From positions 43,004 through 107,003 of IMG/VR virus record IMGVR_UViG_2597490185_000004: a stretch of 64,000 nt of DNA, one strand, 5' to 3'. The notes under the pieces are model-generated. The model was not told the DNA's origin, made no database searches, and was given only the letters and a program-made list of their open reading frames with translations. Shown here in pieces: positions 9,720 to 19,823 of the stretch. The translations under genes and the position numbers were made by a program. This DNA is from a virus. Position 1 is the first letter of the stretch. The number at the start of each line of letters is the position of its first letter.

Positions 9720-10560
9720 GACCGGCTCACGGTGGGGAATTTCTACGGTAAAAGTACGTACCCGTTTCTATTTTCCATCTCTTATACTTTCACTGTTCCT
9801 ACTATCTCTTGCTGCTGATACTTCTCTACGGTTCTTCTACGTATACGACTACCCATCACATGTAACCGTGATTGCTTCTCTTACTTTTCCTACCTGTGTT
9901 ATTACCATTGATTGTCTACCGTCTTCTCTCTGATGATTGATATGCCGGAGTTCTTATTGTCTCCTGTAATATCCAGTATCGTTTTTATTGTCTTACTGGT
10001 GTGATTACTTATCTTTTGGTGATTGTTTTCTTCTTTCTACTAATTTTTAAACATTGGTAATTTTTCTTGTTTAGTTATTATTGTATATTTCTTGATTATT
10101 CAGTTTAGCTGCTGATGTAGTTTCTATGCATTACTTGCTGTAATGGTTGACGTGTGGGCTTTCCATTTGGATTGTTGCGGCGATAGTTTCTCTTTGTCTG
10201 CTTAGTTTGAACGTGTTAGAAAGTAGCTGGATTGTTCTTCTCTCTAATTACCAGTGGAAACTAGGTTGTCTATTAATATTTGATTAGCTACCTAGTGGAA
10301 TTAGGTTGAGTATTTGTCTGTTATGAGCAGGTCGGTTCTCTTGGGGTTTGGTTTGCCGTAGTGTTGTTTGCTTTTCTCGTCTTATTCTGATTTGGCTGGT
10401 GAGTTGGACAATTCAGCTTGGATTATTTTGGCTCCCTTTCAGGGGAACTTGGTGATTTATTGTATTGGAATTAATTACCACAGCTTGCTTCTCTAATTCT
10501 TTCGTCGGTTTCGATTCGAATTGAGAAAACTAGCTGTGAAACCTGTAAGAATTAGTTTGC
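9720..10560. other. long strand-asymmetric non-coding region
   Basis: + strand very T-rich and A-poor; no credible ORF; imperfect direct repeat cc(t)agtggaaNNtaggttg at 10251-10268 and 10291-10308. Confidence 0.7.
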
Positions 10561-10899
10561 AAATAGATCAACTTTTTCGTTTTCAAAAGTCGATTTTTTG
10601 TTGACTATTCGTTGACCTAATGCCTTATATTCTCACATAGACATATGCAATTGATTTTATTAATTAAATTACATTAAAAAATGTCTTAAAGTATGATCAA
10701 TTCACACTTATAGAAAACGTCAACAATGATGCTTATTTTGTCGCCATTATTTACGTCATTTCTACCAATCTGGTAATTAATATAAATTTCTTATTGATGT
10801 TGTTTTTTGATTTAGAAATAGGTGTGAAAGGTGCTTGGAAAAGCGACCGTGGGATATACAAAATGATTTATATATATCCCACTCTTTTCTTATAAAACT

Positions 10900-12627
10900 T
10901 TAGATTCGGTCGATAGTAAATACCTTTACCATCACGCCGGTATCTTCAAATTCATTGCTGTACGTGGCGCATTCTTCAACCTTAAACTGATTTGCATCGA
11001 TCCATTGCATACGCTCACTACCAGGCATTACCGCCACGCAACGACCACCAACTTTAAGATGTCTTATAGCTGCTTCTACGTGTACTTTTGCACGTCCTTC
11101 TGAATACGGCGGATTCATGGCAATTTTATTAAACATTACACTGGCGTTTTCGTCTGACCATTTCAGAAAATCTGCGTTAATAGGTGAATAGCCTTTTGAC
11201 TCAAGTATCTTGCAGAACAACGGCGCCAGTTCGATACAGGTCGTTTGTTTTGGTGCATCAATAAATGTCAGTAAATCACCACGACCGGCGGATGGTTCAA
11301 GCAGTCGGTCACTGTCTTGTAACTCAATAAGGTCAGTTACTAACCGTTGTAATGGCTCTGGTGTCGGGTAAAACTGATAAGTCTTTTGATCCGGCAAACA
11401 GCGATTTTTTAGCACAAAGTCTCTTACCTCGCAGAATTCATACGTAAAGCTCCAGCGGCTGTCACTGTCATCTCTGACACCACCGAGTTTACGCATGATG
11501 CCGACATACTGTTTCTTCGTTTCGTCAGTGCTGTTTATCCAATAGCAGCCAGAACTGCTATACACACCTGTTGATTTTTCAGGTTTATCCATAGCAACAA
11601 TAAGTTTTACCACATCTTCGTCGACCGGAATCAAAATCTCACCAAACTCTTTAGCTGCACGTTTATTTTTAGGCATTGAGCGGAATTCTGGCGGAATAGC
11701 GTAAGGCAGTGATGCAGCCAGTACCTCATTCAGTTTCCATGCAACGTCAGGGTGAATTTCAATATGTAGATTGCCATTCATAAACATTTTTACACGGAGA
11801 AGATTGCCGTCGATAGGCTCCCATTTACCAAAATTACGTGTAGCTTTATCGGGGTTTGCTCTGTAAACAGCACTCAGGACAGTTGCCAGACGCTCAACGC
11901 GACCAAATCGACCGTGCGCAAAGAATTGCAGAACTACCCGCAGATCATCAATAGAGTCTTCACTGTAGGTTGACGTTGAAACTGAATTACCCCAAAAATC
12001 ACTAATTACATTTGTCAGGATCAGCCGCTCTGAAAAACCGTAGCTTTTGTTCGTCTTGTGCTTCGGACTCAACGCACAGAATACACCGTACACACGTTCA
12101 TTCAGATACATATTGCGGTCATTCAGCAGCCCCAGCAAAGTTGGGATCACTGAATCCTCACTGAATTCAGGAACGCCTACATATTCTGTCACCGTTCTCA
12201 TTCTACCGGCAGTATAAGGATCTGGTTTATCAACCTTAACTTTTCCCTCAATAAACTGCTCACGCCATTCATCACGGCGTCTAGCCGGCATCAGTTGCAG
12301 AATATTGGTCATATCAACCACCCGCTGCCAGTATTTAGCTCTCAGGTTTCCTCGAACATAATCGAGGTCAATACTGTGGGGGATTTGGTACGCACCGTGG
12401 TTTCTTTCGCCAGGCTTGGCACCTTCATCAAGAAGCTGGTTAATCTTTGAAACACGGTCACCCGAAAACAGAATGGAATGAAGCAATTCGCGCTCAGTCA
12501 CATCACGATGATACTGACCGATAACATCACGGATCTGATTTATTTCCTCGCGGAAAACAAGGTCTGATTGCTGGAAATGTAGTTCAGTAGTAGAAGCGAC
12601 TAATGCCGTTGTCATTGTTTTCACCAT
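10900..12627 (-). CDS. DUF4942-type class I SAM-dependent (amino) DNA methyltransferase
   Basis: C-terminal LLEPSAGRG (SAM binding) and NPPY motifs; FxNGNLHI motif in the N-terminal domain. Confidence 0.8.
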   Translation of the reverse strand: MVKTMTTALVASTTELHFQQSDLVFREEINQIRDVIGQYHRDVTERELLHSILFSGDRVSKINQLLDEGAKPGERNHGAYQIPHSIDLDYVRGNLRAKYWQRVVDMTNILQLMPARRRDEWREQFIEGKVKVDKPDPYTAGRMRTVTEYVGVPEFSEDSVIPTLLGLLNDRNMYLNERVYGVFCALSPKHKTNKSYGFSERLILTNVISDFWGNSVSTSTYSEDSIDDLRVVLQFFAHGRFGRVERLATVLSAVYRANPDKATRNFGKWEPIDGNLLRVKMFMNGNLHIEIHPDVAWKLNEVLAASLPYAIPPEFRSMPKNKRAAKEFGEILIPVDEDVVKLIVAMDKPEKSTGVYSSSGCYWINSTDETKKQYVGIMRKLGGVRDDSDSRWSFTYEFCEVRDFVLKNRCLPDQKTYQFYPTPEPLQRLVTDLIELQDSDRLLEPSAGRGDLLTFIDAPKQTTCIELAPLFCKILESKGYSPINADFLKWSDENASVMFNKIAMNPPYSEGRAKVHVEAAIRHLKVGGRCVAVMPGSERMQWIDANQFKVEECATYSNEFEDTGVMVKVFTIDRI

Positions 12628-12708
12628 TATATAAATAACTTCATTTTCTTAATGATATTATTATCTAATTCATAAAAAGGTGAACAACAAATTAACAACG
12701 GCAATTGA

Positions 12709-13056
12709 CTATTCAGCGATCAAATCCTTTACGACCGTTTTTAATTTGTTCAGGTCAATATGGCCAGTCACATAAGCAAGACGCATGGCAACGTTTGGCC
12801 TACCTTTTAACAAGAGCCATCCCATCGCACCAGCGCAAAAAGACTCTTTGCCGGACGCATGATAAACATAGTCATCGTCATAGTATCCACCCGTTGAGAA
12901 CGTGGTCTTATGGCATTGGAACACTTTCTGATCATCTTCAAATAATCCTTGTTTGATTGATTCAAGTCTTCCCTCTGCAAGTTCTATTCCGTTCTTTTTC
13001 AGGAAAGGACAGTTAGTACATGGCTGTTTTACAGCAAAAAATTTTCTTAGTTTCAT
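12709..13056 (-). CDS. small Cys-rich hypothetical protein
   Basis: PCxxCPF...FQCHK...CAGA, probable Zn-binding. Confidence 0.7.
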   Translation of the reverse strand: MKLRKFFAVKQPCTNCPFLKKNGIELAEGRLESIKQGLFEDDQKVFQCHKTTFSTGGYYDDDYVYHASGKESFCAGAMGWLLLKGRPNVAMRLAYVTGHIDLNKLKTVVKDLIAE

Positions 13057-13185
13057 CGTTTTTCATTTACCTTCCCGCGAATAAACCTCTGACATACGAC
13101 TTTTGCCTTTTTGCACATTACTTAGAATTTTTCTGTGCAATTTCGGCTGCTTTCATCATTAGATCTGAATGTAGGTGTTTAGGCA

Positions 13186-13551
13186 TTATTTATCCTCACT
13201 AATTCTTGTGACCTTCAATTCATCAACGACTCGTTGCAGCTTTTTCTTGGACTCTTCATCGAGGCTGTTGTGGAAAGCGATAATATTTTTTAATTGTCTT
13301 ACTGAATCACCAAACAAGAACTCCTGACGGTAATCGTTCTCAAAAAAGACAGAGATTTGTATTACTCTGTTTTTGTGGCTACGTTCGCCCCAACGTGAAA
13401 GTTCACAGGCTGTCTGCTCATAACACTGCCGATAAATAGACTTCCCTTTTATCACCTTAGTTATAACAGCAAATATAAATCCAACAACGACCTTTGTTGA
13501 GTACATAACCCCTATGACAACAAAGACGGTCAACACGATTCCAGTATTCAT
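13186..13551 (-). CDS. hypothetical membrane protein
   Basis: Hydrophobic N-terminal segment, 121 aa. Confidence 0.65.
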   Translation of the reverse strand: MNTGIVLTVFVVIGVMYSTKVVVGFIFAVITKVIKGKSIYRQCYEQTACELSRWGERSHKNRVIQISVFFENDYRQEFLFGDSVRQLKNIIAFHNSLDEESKKKLQRVVDELKVTRISEDK

Positions 13552-13562
13552 TGTTCCTCCTG

Positions 13563-13805
13563 TTATTCTGGTCGTTCAGCTAATGCCATCCAATGTGTTA
13601 CATCATACTTACACCAATCTTGGCTACCATCGTATGGGTTCTCTTTTTTAATTCTTCCATATGCCTCCTTACGATTTATGTTAGTCGTAGCCACCACGAC
13701 CATAATCACTACCCGAATAGCTATCACGTAACTATCTTGGGATGACTTACTATGAGCCGGGGTTAATGGCGCTATACTGTGATTCGTTACCAATGAGTGC
13801 ATCAT
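13563..13805 (-). pseudogene. degraded DUF551-like phage gene
   Basis: Ends in VTHWMAL..P, typical of DUF551; upstream part looks frameshifted. Confidence 0.4.
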
Positions 13806-14137
13806 AAGAGAATCAATAAGGGGAACTCTTGAATCAGAAGGTAATTAGAGTTTTTTTGAAGGTTGAAGAAATCTGTCATGATTACTAAAGGAAAGAGGCT
13901 TTTTCCGAGTATTACGGACGAAGTACGTACCGCAGGATTTGATAGAGACAAAGTGTCCGTTTTTTTCTGATCCTCATTTTATCATCAGATTGAACAGCCA
14001 CCGTGCCATTTTCATATGAATAACGACAACGAGCTTGTCGCTTTCAACCTCGTACTGGCCGCTCTGAGATATAAAACTTCATCTTTTTTGCCGAAAAACC
14101 AGCTAAAAATCTTGTTAAACATATTGTCACCTGTAAT

Positions 14138-14300
14138 GGAAAAGCCCACAGTAATAGGTGGGCTTTTTGGGAGTTGGCAATGTCTCGTAAACCTGTTTCA
14201 CGGACGGTGAGGAGGGAGTCAGGAAACCCAACTCCACTACCCCGATTTTTTACTCATCCTGAGTAATAACGGCTTCCGCCAATGTGCGTCATCCCATGAC
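14138..14300 (-). ncRNA. candidate structured small RNA / leader RNA
   Basis: Promoter TTGAAT-17-CATATT (14335-14307), successive hairpins from 14300, terminator hairpin 14140-14168. Confidence 0.45.
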
Positions 14301-14362
14301 GAGGACAATATGCAACAATAAACAAACAAATTCAATATGTATTTACTTACCTATTTAAAATT

Positions 14363-14719
14363 TTAATCATCAAAGAAAGTTTCAGCACCTATTAACGGGA
14401 TTATTCTTGCTAAAACTTCATCAAACACGCCATCTTCCGCCTCAGTTTCAAACTTAACACTGAGATCTTTCCATGATAAAGTCTGGATTAGGCTTGCAGC
14501 CACAACACTCGGCGTATCAAGGTTATTCACAGATACTTCCGTTATTCCGCCTCTAATACTGGTACTGATAGGACAGCAAATAACAAGTCCTGTTTTCTTG
14601 CTGTATTCAATACTAGACAGAACCAACGCCGGTCGATACTTACCGATTTCTTTTCCCTTTTTTGGTTCAAAGTCCAGCCAAATTATATCGTTTCTTCTTG
14701 GTATGTAAGTTTTATTCAT
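14363..14719 (-). CDS. mazF: MazF/PemK family toxin
   Basis: DIIWLDFEPKKGKEIGKYRPALVLS...CCPIST; overlaps the antitoxin stop. Confidence 0.9.
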   Translation of the reverse strand: MNKTYIPRRNDIIWLDFEPKKGKEIGKYRPALVLSSIEYSKKTGLVICCPISTSIRGGITEVSVNNLDTPSVVAASLIQTLSWKDLSVKFETEAEDGVFDEVLARIIPLIGAETFFDD

Positions 14720-14961
14720 TCGCCTATTTCCATCCCCTCTATCTGTGCCAACTCATCCGAATGGGCATTATAAGAATCCATATTCTTCAGCAGGTAGCTC
14801 TCTGAAAATACACGTTTATTCTTCTTGGGTGACAAAACTAAGTTGCCGTTTTCAATAGATAGATCCAGCTTATGACCCGTCTCTACGCCGAGCTGCTTGA
14901 GAACAGCGGTTGGTATGATAATACCCTGACTGTTCCCCCATTTTCTGATCGCTACACTCAT
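14716..14961 (-). CDS. mazE: MazE/AbrB family antitoxin
   Basis: IRKWGNSQGIIIP AbrB motif; likely start ATG at 14961. Confidence 0.9.
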   Translation of the reverse strand: MSVAIRKWGNSQGIIIPTAVLKQLGVETGHKLDLSIENGNLVLSPKKNKRVFSESYLLKNMDSYNAHSDELAQIEGMEIGE

Positions 14962-15667
14962 AATACACCTCCAATAACGCTTAACGTATAAACATAGTAT
15001 AACTTCTTTTTCTAGGTGAACAAGAGTATTGTAGCAATTATAATCAGTCACCTTTATATACGTATTTACTTATTGATCACACACATTTATATATCTATCA
15101 TTCACCGCGCTGGTACTCATCCAATGACTGCATAATTACCGCAAATTATTCAGTAAATGGTGACGATGGTTAGGTGTTAGCGCATCCTCCCCTGACAACA
15201 AACAAACTGCGCTCAAGACCAGTGACAAATGCGGAAACTTACGGGCTAATGACTTTTGACCGAGGATAAAGCAGGAGAAGGTGGCAGCGATCTAATAACT
15301 ACCCATGCTTCAAGCCAGTGTGAATCAACTACCACACACCACGATTTTTCGTTTCAGGCTGCATGGATGCCGGGCATGACCTCTCCCAAATGAGGTTCTG
15401 CATATTTACCGCCCGTATTTTAAGACAGATTCTTATGGTTGGTATTTAAAGGCTGTAAAGCCAGAAGTGCGGGAAGCTCCGTAATTCTATGCCACCATAA
15501 GGTCATTAGACTTCTTCGGCCAAAAAAACAAAATTAGTTCAAATACCGCTTATTGCCTTGACCTACACCAATTTTTAACTCCCCCCCAAACAAAACAAGG
15601 AATTTGAACATGGCACCGTTTTGACGTACAATAAAGGAATCAATTTACAAATGGGGGGGCATTAATC

Positions 15668-15943
15668 ATGAGCACAATAACAGAAAGAATCAATCTTCGC
15701 TTACAGTCTCAAGCTAAGCAGGCCATTGAACGAGCGGCAAGTTTTGAAGGTAAGACCATAAGTCATTTCATTTTGGCTTGTGCGTTGGCACAAGCTGAAA
15801 AAACTATTCACGAGCACGAAGTGATGCGTTTGAATCACCAAGATTCAGAGGTATTTTTTAATGCTTTAGATAACCCAGTCGATTTCAATAATAAACTGAC
15901 CGCCGCTTTGTCGGAACATAGTCAAAGAGTTACCAATAAATGA
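15668..15943 (+). CDS. DUF1778 (TacA/AtaR-like) antitoxin
   Basis: ERINLRL...IERAA...ISHFILACA...FFNALDNP; overlaps toxin start. Confidence 0.9.
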   Translation: MSTITERINLRLQSQAKQAIERAASFEGKTISHFILACALAQAEKTIHEHEVMRLNHQDSEVFFNALDNPVDFNNKLTAALSEHSQRVTNK

Positions 15944-16434
15944 CCGATAGTTCAACACTTATTATATCGGCACTAGACAACAGCCATGACAGAGCCAGTT
16001 TTCATTGCGGTGTTCCTTTATTAGATGAATATATTCGAAAACAAGCCAAACAAGATGTGACACGTAGAATAAGTCGAGTATTTGTCGCTATTAATGTTAC
16101 AGAACCAAACAAAATCATAGGCTATTACACACTTTCAGCTTTATCGGTTGAGTTTAGTGAACTACCGCCATCTCTCGCTAAGAAATTACCCCGAAGAGCT
16201 GTCCCGGCAGCATTATTGGGTAGATTGGCTGTTAATCAGACTACACAACAGGGGGGAGTGGGGAGAATGTTACTGGCAGACGCCATTAAACGCACACTGG
16301 CTATTACCGACATTGCGATTTATGCAATGATAGTTGATGCTATTGAGGGGGCACAAAAGTTCTATGAACAATATGGATTTATCCCCCTTACTACAGGAAA
16401 AAACAGATTATTCCTTCCGATGAAGTCCATTTGA
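15940..16434 (+). CDS. GNAT acetyltransferase toxin (TacT/AtaT-like)
   Basis: HDRASFHCG...LDEYI, LLGRLAV...GGVGRMLL, FYEQYGF. Confidence 0.9.
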   Translation: MTDSSTLIISALDNSHDRASFHCGVPLLDEYIRKQAKQDVTRRISRVFVAINVTEPNKIIGYYTLSALSVEFSELPPSLAKKLPRRAVPAALLGRLAVNQTTQQGGVGRMLLADAIKRTLAITDIAIYAMIVDAIEGAQKFYEQYGFIPLTTGKNRLFLPMKSI

Positions 16435-16550
16435 AAAAGATGCCGAGCATGACCTCTCCCAAATGAGGTTCTGCATATTTGCCACAGATTCTTATGCTGA
16501 AAAGCCAGAAGTACAGGAAGCTTCGTAATTCCATGCCACCATAAGGTCAT

Positions 16551-17415
16551 TAGAAACTATTCAGAATCTTTTTAAATCTGAATAGTTTTTCATATAAACT
16601 ACTGGGATGAGAAAAATTTATGCCAGTGATATTAGTCGAGAAGTGTTCTCGGAAATTGAACCCCTGCTGCTTAGCAGCAGGAAGCGCACACGCCCCAGAA
16701 AAACCGATGTTTATGAGGTATTTTGTGCATTATTATATCTCCTCAAGAGCGGCTGTCAGTGGGATATGCTGCCCAGCGATTTTCCCGCCAAAAGCACGGT
16801 TTATTACTACTTCAAACTCTGGAAAGAGAAGCCGTCAGAAACAGAACCCAGCCTGTTTGAGCAAGCTTTAAAAAAATGTCGTTGGCGAGGTCCGTATCAG
16901 CAATGGTCGGAACGTCAACACCACTTTCGTGATAGTTGACTCGCAAAGTGTTAAGAACACGGACACCGCGCGCGAAAAAGGGTATGACGCGGGTAAAAAG
17001 GTTTCCGGTATCAAACGACACATTGCGGTGGACAATCAGGGTCTACCGCATGCGATAGTAGTCACGACAGCCAATGTGACGGACAGAAAAGGTGCCCTAA
17101 TAACTTTTACCCGGCATAGGAAATCGCTTTCTTGCGTAACGAATGTTTTGGCGGACGGGGGTTACACGGGAGCAGCCTTCGCAGAGGAAGTGCATCATAT
17201 ACTGGGCGCGACCGTCGAGATCGCCAAACGGCGTGAACTCCATACTTTCAAGGTAATCCCAAAGAGATGGATAGTCGAACGTTCGTTTGCCTGGCAGAAA
17301 AGTGTCGGCGGCTGTGGAAGAACTGTGAGGAGGATTTGAATACCAGCCTTCAGTTAGTCAACTTAGCATTCCTTGCTTTGCTTTTGCGCAGGAAAGATAC
17401 TGAATAAGCACTTAG
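16551..17415 (+). mobile_element. IS5-family element, split transposase, frameshifted near 3' end
   Basis: ORFs 16607-16939 and 16929-17339 (GCQWDMLP..FP; IVDSQSVK; KRHIAVD; DGGY; RWIVERSFAW); A7 slippery site; imperfect ends with TATTCAG.ATC. Boundaries approximate. Confidence 0.85.
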
Positions 17416-17522
17416 ACCCTTATTGTCATTTTAGAACCATCCCCTAGAGCAGCGTAAAATGCCCCCCGCTAGTCCATTATGGTAAATTCCTTGACCGATT
17501 ATCGTTTATAAACGATAATCGT

Positions 17523-17849
17523 GTGATGAACGAGATCAAGCATTATATTGATAAAAATAATCGAAACTACTTTGCTGAGTGGCGTAATCAAATACGTGAT
17601 ATTAAGGCAAAGATTGCGGTTGACCGTCGTCTTATGCGAATAGAGTTAGGTAACTTTGGTGATCATAAACCTATTCGTGAGGGGGTTTGGGAGTTAAAAA
17701 TTGATGTAGGTCAAGGCTACCGTATTTACTATGCCAAATCGGGTAACACAATAGTATTGCTATTATGTGGAGGTATCAAGAGAACTCAATCAGCTGATAT
17801 TGAACGCGCATGTGTTTACTGGCGAGATTGGCAACAAAGAGATAACTAG
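17523..17849 (+). CDS. RelE/HigB-like addiction module killer protein
   Basis: GNFGDHKPIREGVWELKIDVGQGYRIYY...LLLCGG. Confidence 0.9.
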   Translation: MMNEIKHYIDKNNRNYFAEWRNQIRDIKAKIAVDRRLMRIELGNFGDHKPIREGVWELKIDVGQGYRIYYAKSGNTIVLLLCGGIKRTQSADIERACVYWRDWQQRDN

Positions 17850-17866
17850 GTTAGGAGATTGATATT

Positions 17867-18163
17867 ATGAAAGATTTTTCACATGATAATTTTATGGCTG
17901 AAGTTTTTAAAAACGATCCAGCGTATGCGATTGAGTTACTAAATTCTATTTTAGCAGATGGGGAACAAGCGGAATTAATGATTGCTTTACGTCAAATGAC
18001 AAAGGCATTTGGCGGAGTTCGTTCTGTTGCTGATACCGCTAATTTAAATAATACACAAATTTATCGTATGTTATCTGAAAATGGTAATCCTGCTTTTAGC
18101 AGTTTAAATTCTATATTAAGAGCTATGGGATTACGTTTAGCTATACAATCGATCAATGCGTGA
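17867..18163 (+). CDS. addiction module antidote (HTH)
   Basis: ALRQMTKAFGGV..VA....LNNTQIYRMLSENGNP. Confidence 0.9.
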   Translation: MKDFSHDNFMAEVFKNDPAYAIELLNSILADGEQAELMIALRQMTKAFGGVRSVADTANLNNTQIYRMLSENGNPAFSSLNSILRAMGLRLAIQSINA

Positions 18164-18320
18164 AGAAAAACACAGGTCTTTTAAACAAGATGCACTGCGT
18201 GCCTGAGAAGCATATCAAGAGAATAGACTACACTTGACGTTTAAAGAAGCGGACAACTGGTTAGTTAAGCTCGAAGCAGGAGAAGATGCGGAGTTACCTG
18301 AATGCCACGTTTGATTTAGT
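18159..18320 (+). pseudogene. remnant of CopG/ParD-type antitoxin plus first codons of a ParE/RelE toxin
   Basis: Manual translation REEKHRSFKQDALRA*EAYQENRLHLTFKEADNWLVKLEAGEDAELPECHV*, overlapping ATG CCA CGT TTG ATT TAG (MPRLI*). Confidence 0.65.
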
Positions 18321-18579
18321 ATGAGTCAGTACAGATTATGTGGGTCTTGCGTCTGGTGCAACACAGCCAACACTTCAATGCCAGCCGGAACTTCCTGATA
18401 GTAAATAATGTGGCTCTCAACGGGAAAACTCCGCACACCAAAATAAAGATCCTCACTAGCTTCTGCGACATTAATTCCCCATCGGCGCATAGAAGAGAGT
18501 TTCCTATGAAAAGCAAGGAATTAGTTGCTTAACTTACTTATTCGATTATTGAATTAACTAACGTAATTAGTTAAAGTGA

Positions 18580-18760
18580 AAAAGCTATCGGCAAAATCCG
18601 ATAGTCGGGAGGTCGCAGCCCCGTAAGTTCTCCACTGGTAGGATATTTCTACCAGTGCGCCTGCTATCGCACCTTCAATGGCGGTTCAGGCAGGGGAGAC
18701 TCACGTCTCGCCGGTTGAGAACTCCGGTACTGCGAACCCTGTTTTGAATCGCCACCATCA
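18580..18760 (+). ncRNA. c4/CI-type antisense RNA with upstream target sites
   Basis: atggcggttcaggcagggg...ccggtactgcgaaccctgttttgaatcgccaccat closing stem; upstream ggtcgcag and agttctc complement ctgcgaacc and gagaact in the RNA. Confidence 0.6.
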
Positions 18761-18785
18761 ATAATGAACAGAAGGGGAAGCAGGT

Positions 18786-19019
18786 ATGACTCACACTCAA
18801 AAAGACTGGCACCCAGCCGATATTATTGCTGCATTATCCCGTGAATCGGGGTTAAGCTCATCAACATTAGCTAATACACTTTCCCGTCCTTGGCCTAAAG
18901 GGGAAATCCTCATTGCAACTCGTTTGGGCGTTGACCCTTCCGAAATTTGGCCGAGCCGATATTTTGATCATAATGGTCAACTCATTAAGCGGCTAATGCG
19001 TAAGCGTATTTCAGGATAA
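18786..19019 (+). CDS. Ner/Nlp(SfsB)-like HTH protein with internal deletion
   Basis: DWHPADIIAAL-SRESGLSSSTLANTLSRPWPKGE...PSEIWPSRY; the usual RKxGTTLAAL segment is missing. Confidence 0.8.
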   Translation: MTHTQKDWHPADIIAALSRESGLSSSTLANTLSRPWPKGEILIATRLGVDPSEIWPSRYFDHNGQLIKRLMRKRISG

Positions 19020-19336
19020 TTGGGATTTTTCTTTTCAGAAAATAAACTTCATTGATTGGGTAAACTTCCGTATTCCCTGCACAGTCATGTCTGTTTTATG
19101 ACTGGACAGTAAGACGTTTACTTACTCGACGGGTATTTGATTGATGAAAATAACAACGCCCCGAAGTGCAGCAACACTACCGAGGCGTCTAACCAACAAC
19201 GTAAAAGAGACTTACGCGATGGCTAATGCAGAGTCTAACCAAACTCGCCTTGAATTAACATTCCTAATTGGATCAGGCAATCAACGACTGATGGATATTT
19301 ACTCTATGCACCTTATCACCATTCAGGTGGTGAGCC

Positions 19337-19744
19337 ATGAGTAAAAGTTCTCTTTCATTAAAACAGGCGGAATATCGTACACACTTAGCAACATCTGTAT
19401 TCAGTTTCATTCTTGAAAAATATCAGGATGAGTGCTCAATTGACTTAAATAATTTGATCTTGCTGGCGCGTGATATTAATCAAGAAGTACAGAATACACT
19501 TTTGAAACATGCGCCACAGCCCTTGATAGTCACGTTATTGGGGTATGTGGGGCGTACACCGAAGAAAGCGATGCCTTTAGATCAGGCTATGTATCGTGCA
19601 GGGCTGGCAATCTCTTTATTTCAGGTCATTATTGACCAGATAGATAGCGATTGTTCGGAAGAATTACGCGATTTGATTTCACTGGCCTGTGATTTCAATC
19701 AGGAAGTCTATCATGCGCTTTATGCGGCTGTTTATGAGGAATAA
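19337..19744 (+). CDS. hypothetical protein with two internal repeats
   Basis: QA.YR..LA.S.F..I......CS..L..LI.LA.D.NQEV occurs twice. Confidence 0.75.
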   Translation: MSKSSLSLKQAEYRTHLATSVFSFILEKYQDECSIDLNNLILLARDINQEVQNTLLKHAPQPLIVTLLGYVGRTPKKAMPLDQAMYRAGLAISLFQVIIDQIDSDCSEELRDLISLACDFNQEVYHALYAAVYEE

Positions 19745-19823
19745 TTATGTGATTAGGCGGCTTAATGCCGCCTTAATTGGATTGGCTATTACACAAAATC
19801 GTAAACAGGGTCGTGAAGCTCAT

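Larger units (their letters stand above)
15366..16553. repeat. imperfect direct repeats flanking the GNAT TA module
   Basis: 15366-15510 and 16439-16553 share gcatgacctctcccaaatgaggttctgcatattt...gccaccataaggtcattaga. Confidence 0.85.

Noticed and set aside
9600-9760. Group II intron or retron msr-msd in the GC-rich structured patch
   Set aside because: No domain V consensus and no reverse transcriptase gene anywhere in the window.
18338-18532. IS481/IS3 transposase tail (ALNGKTP)
   Set aside because: Only a 7-residue resemblance; not enough support.
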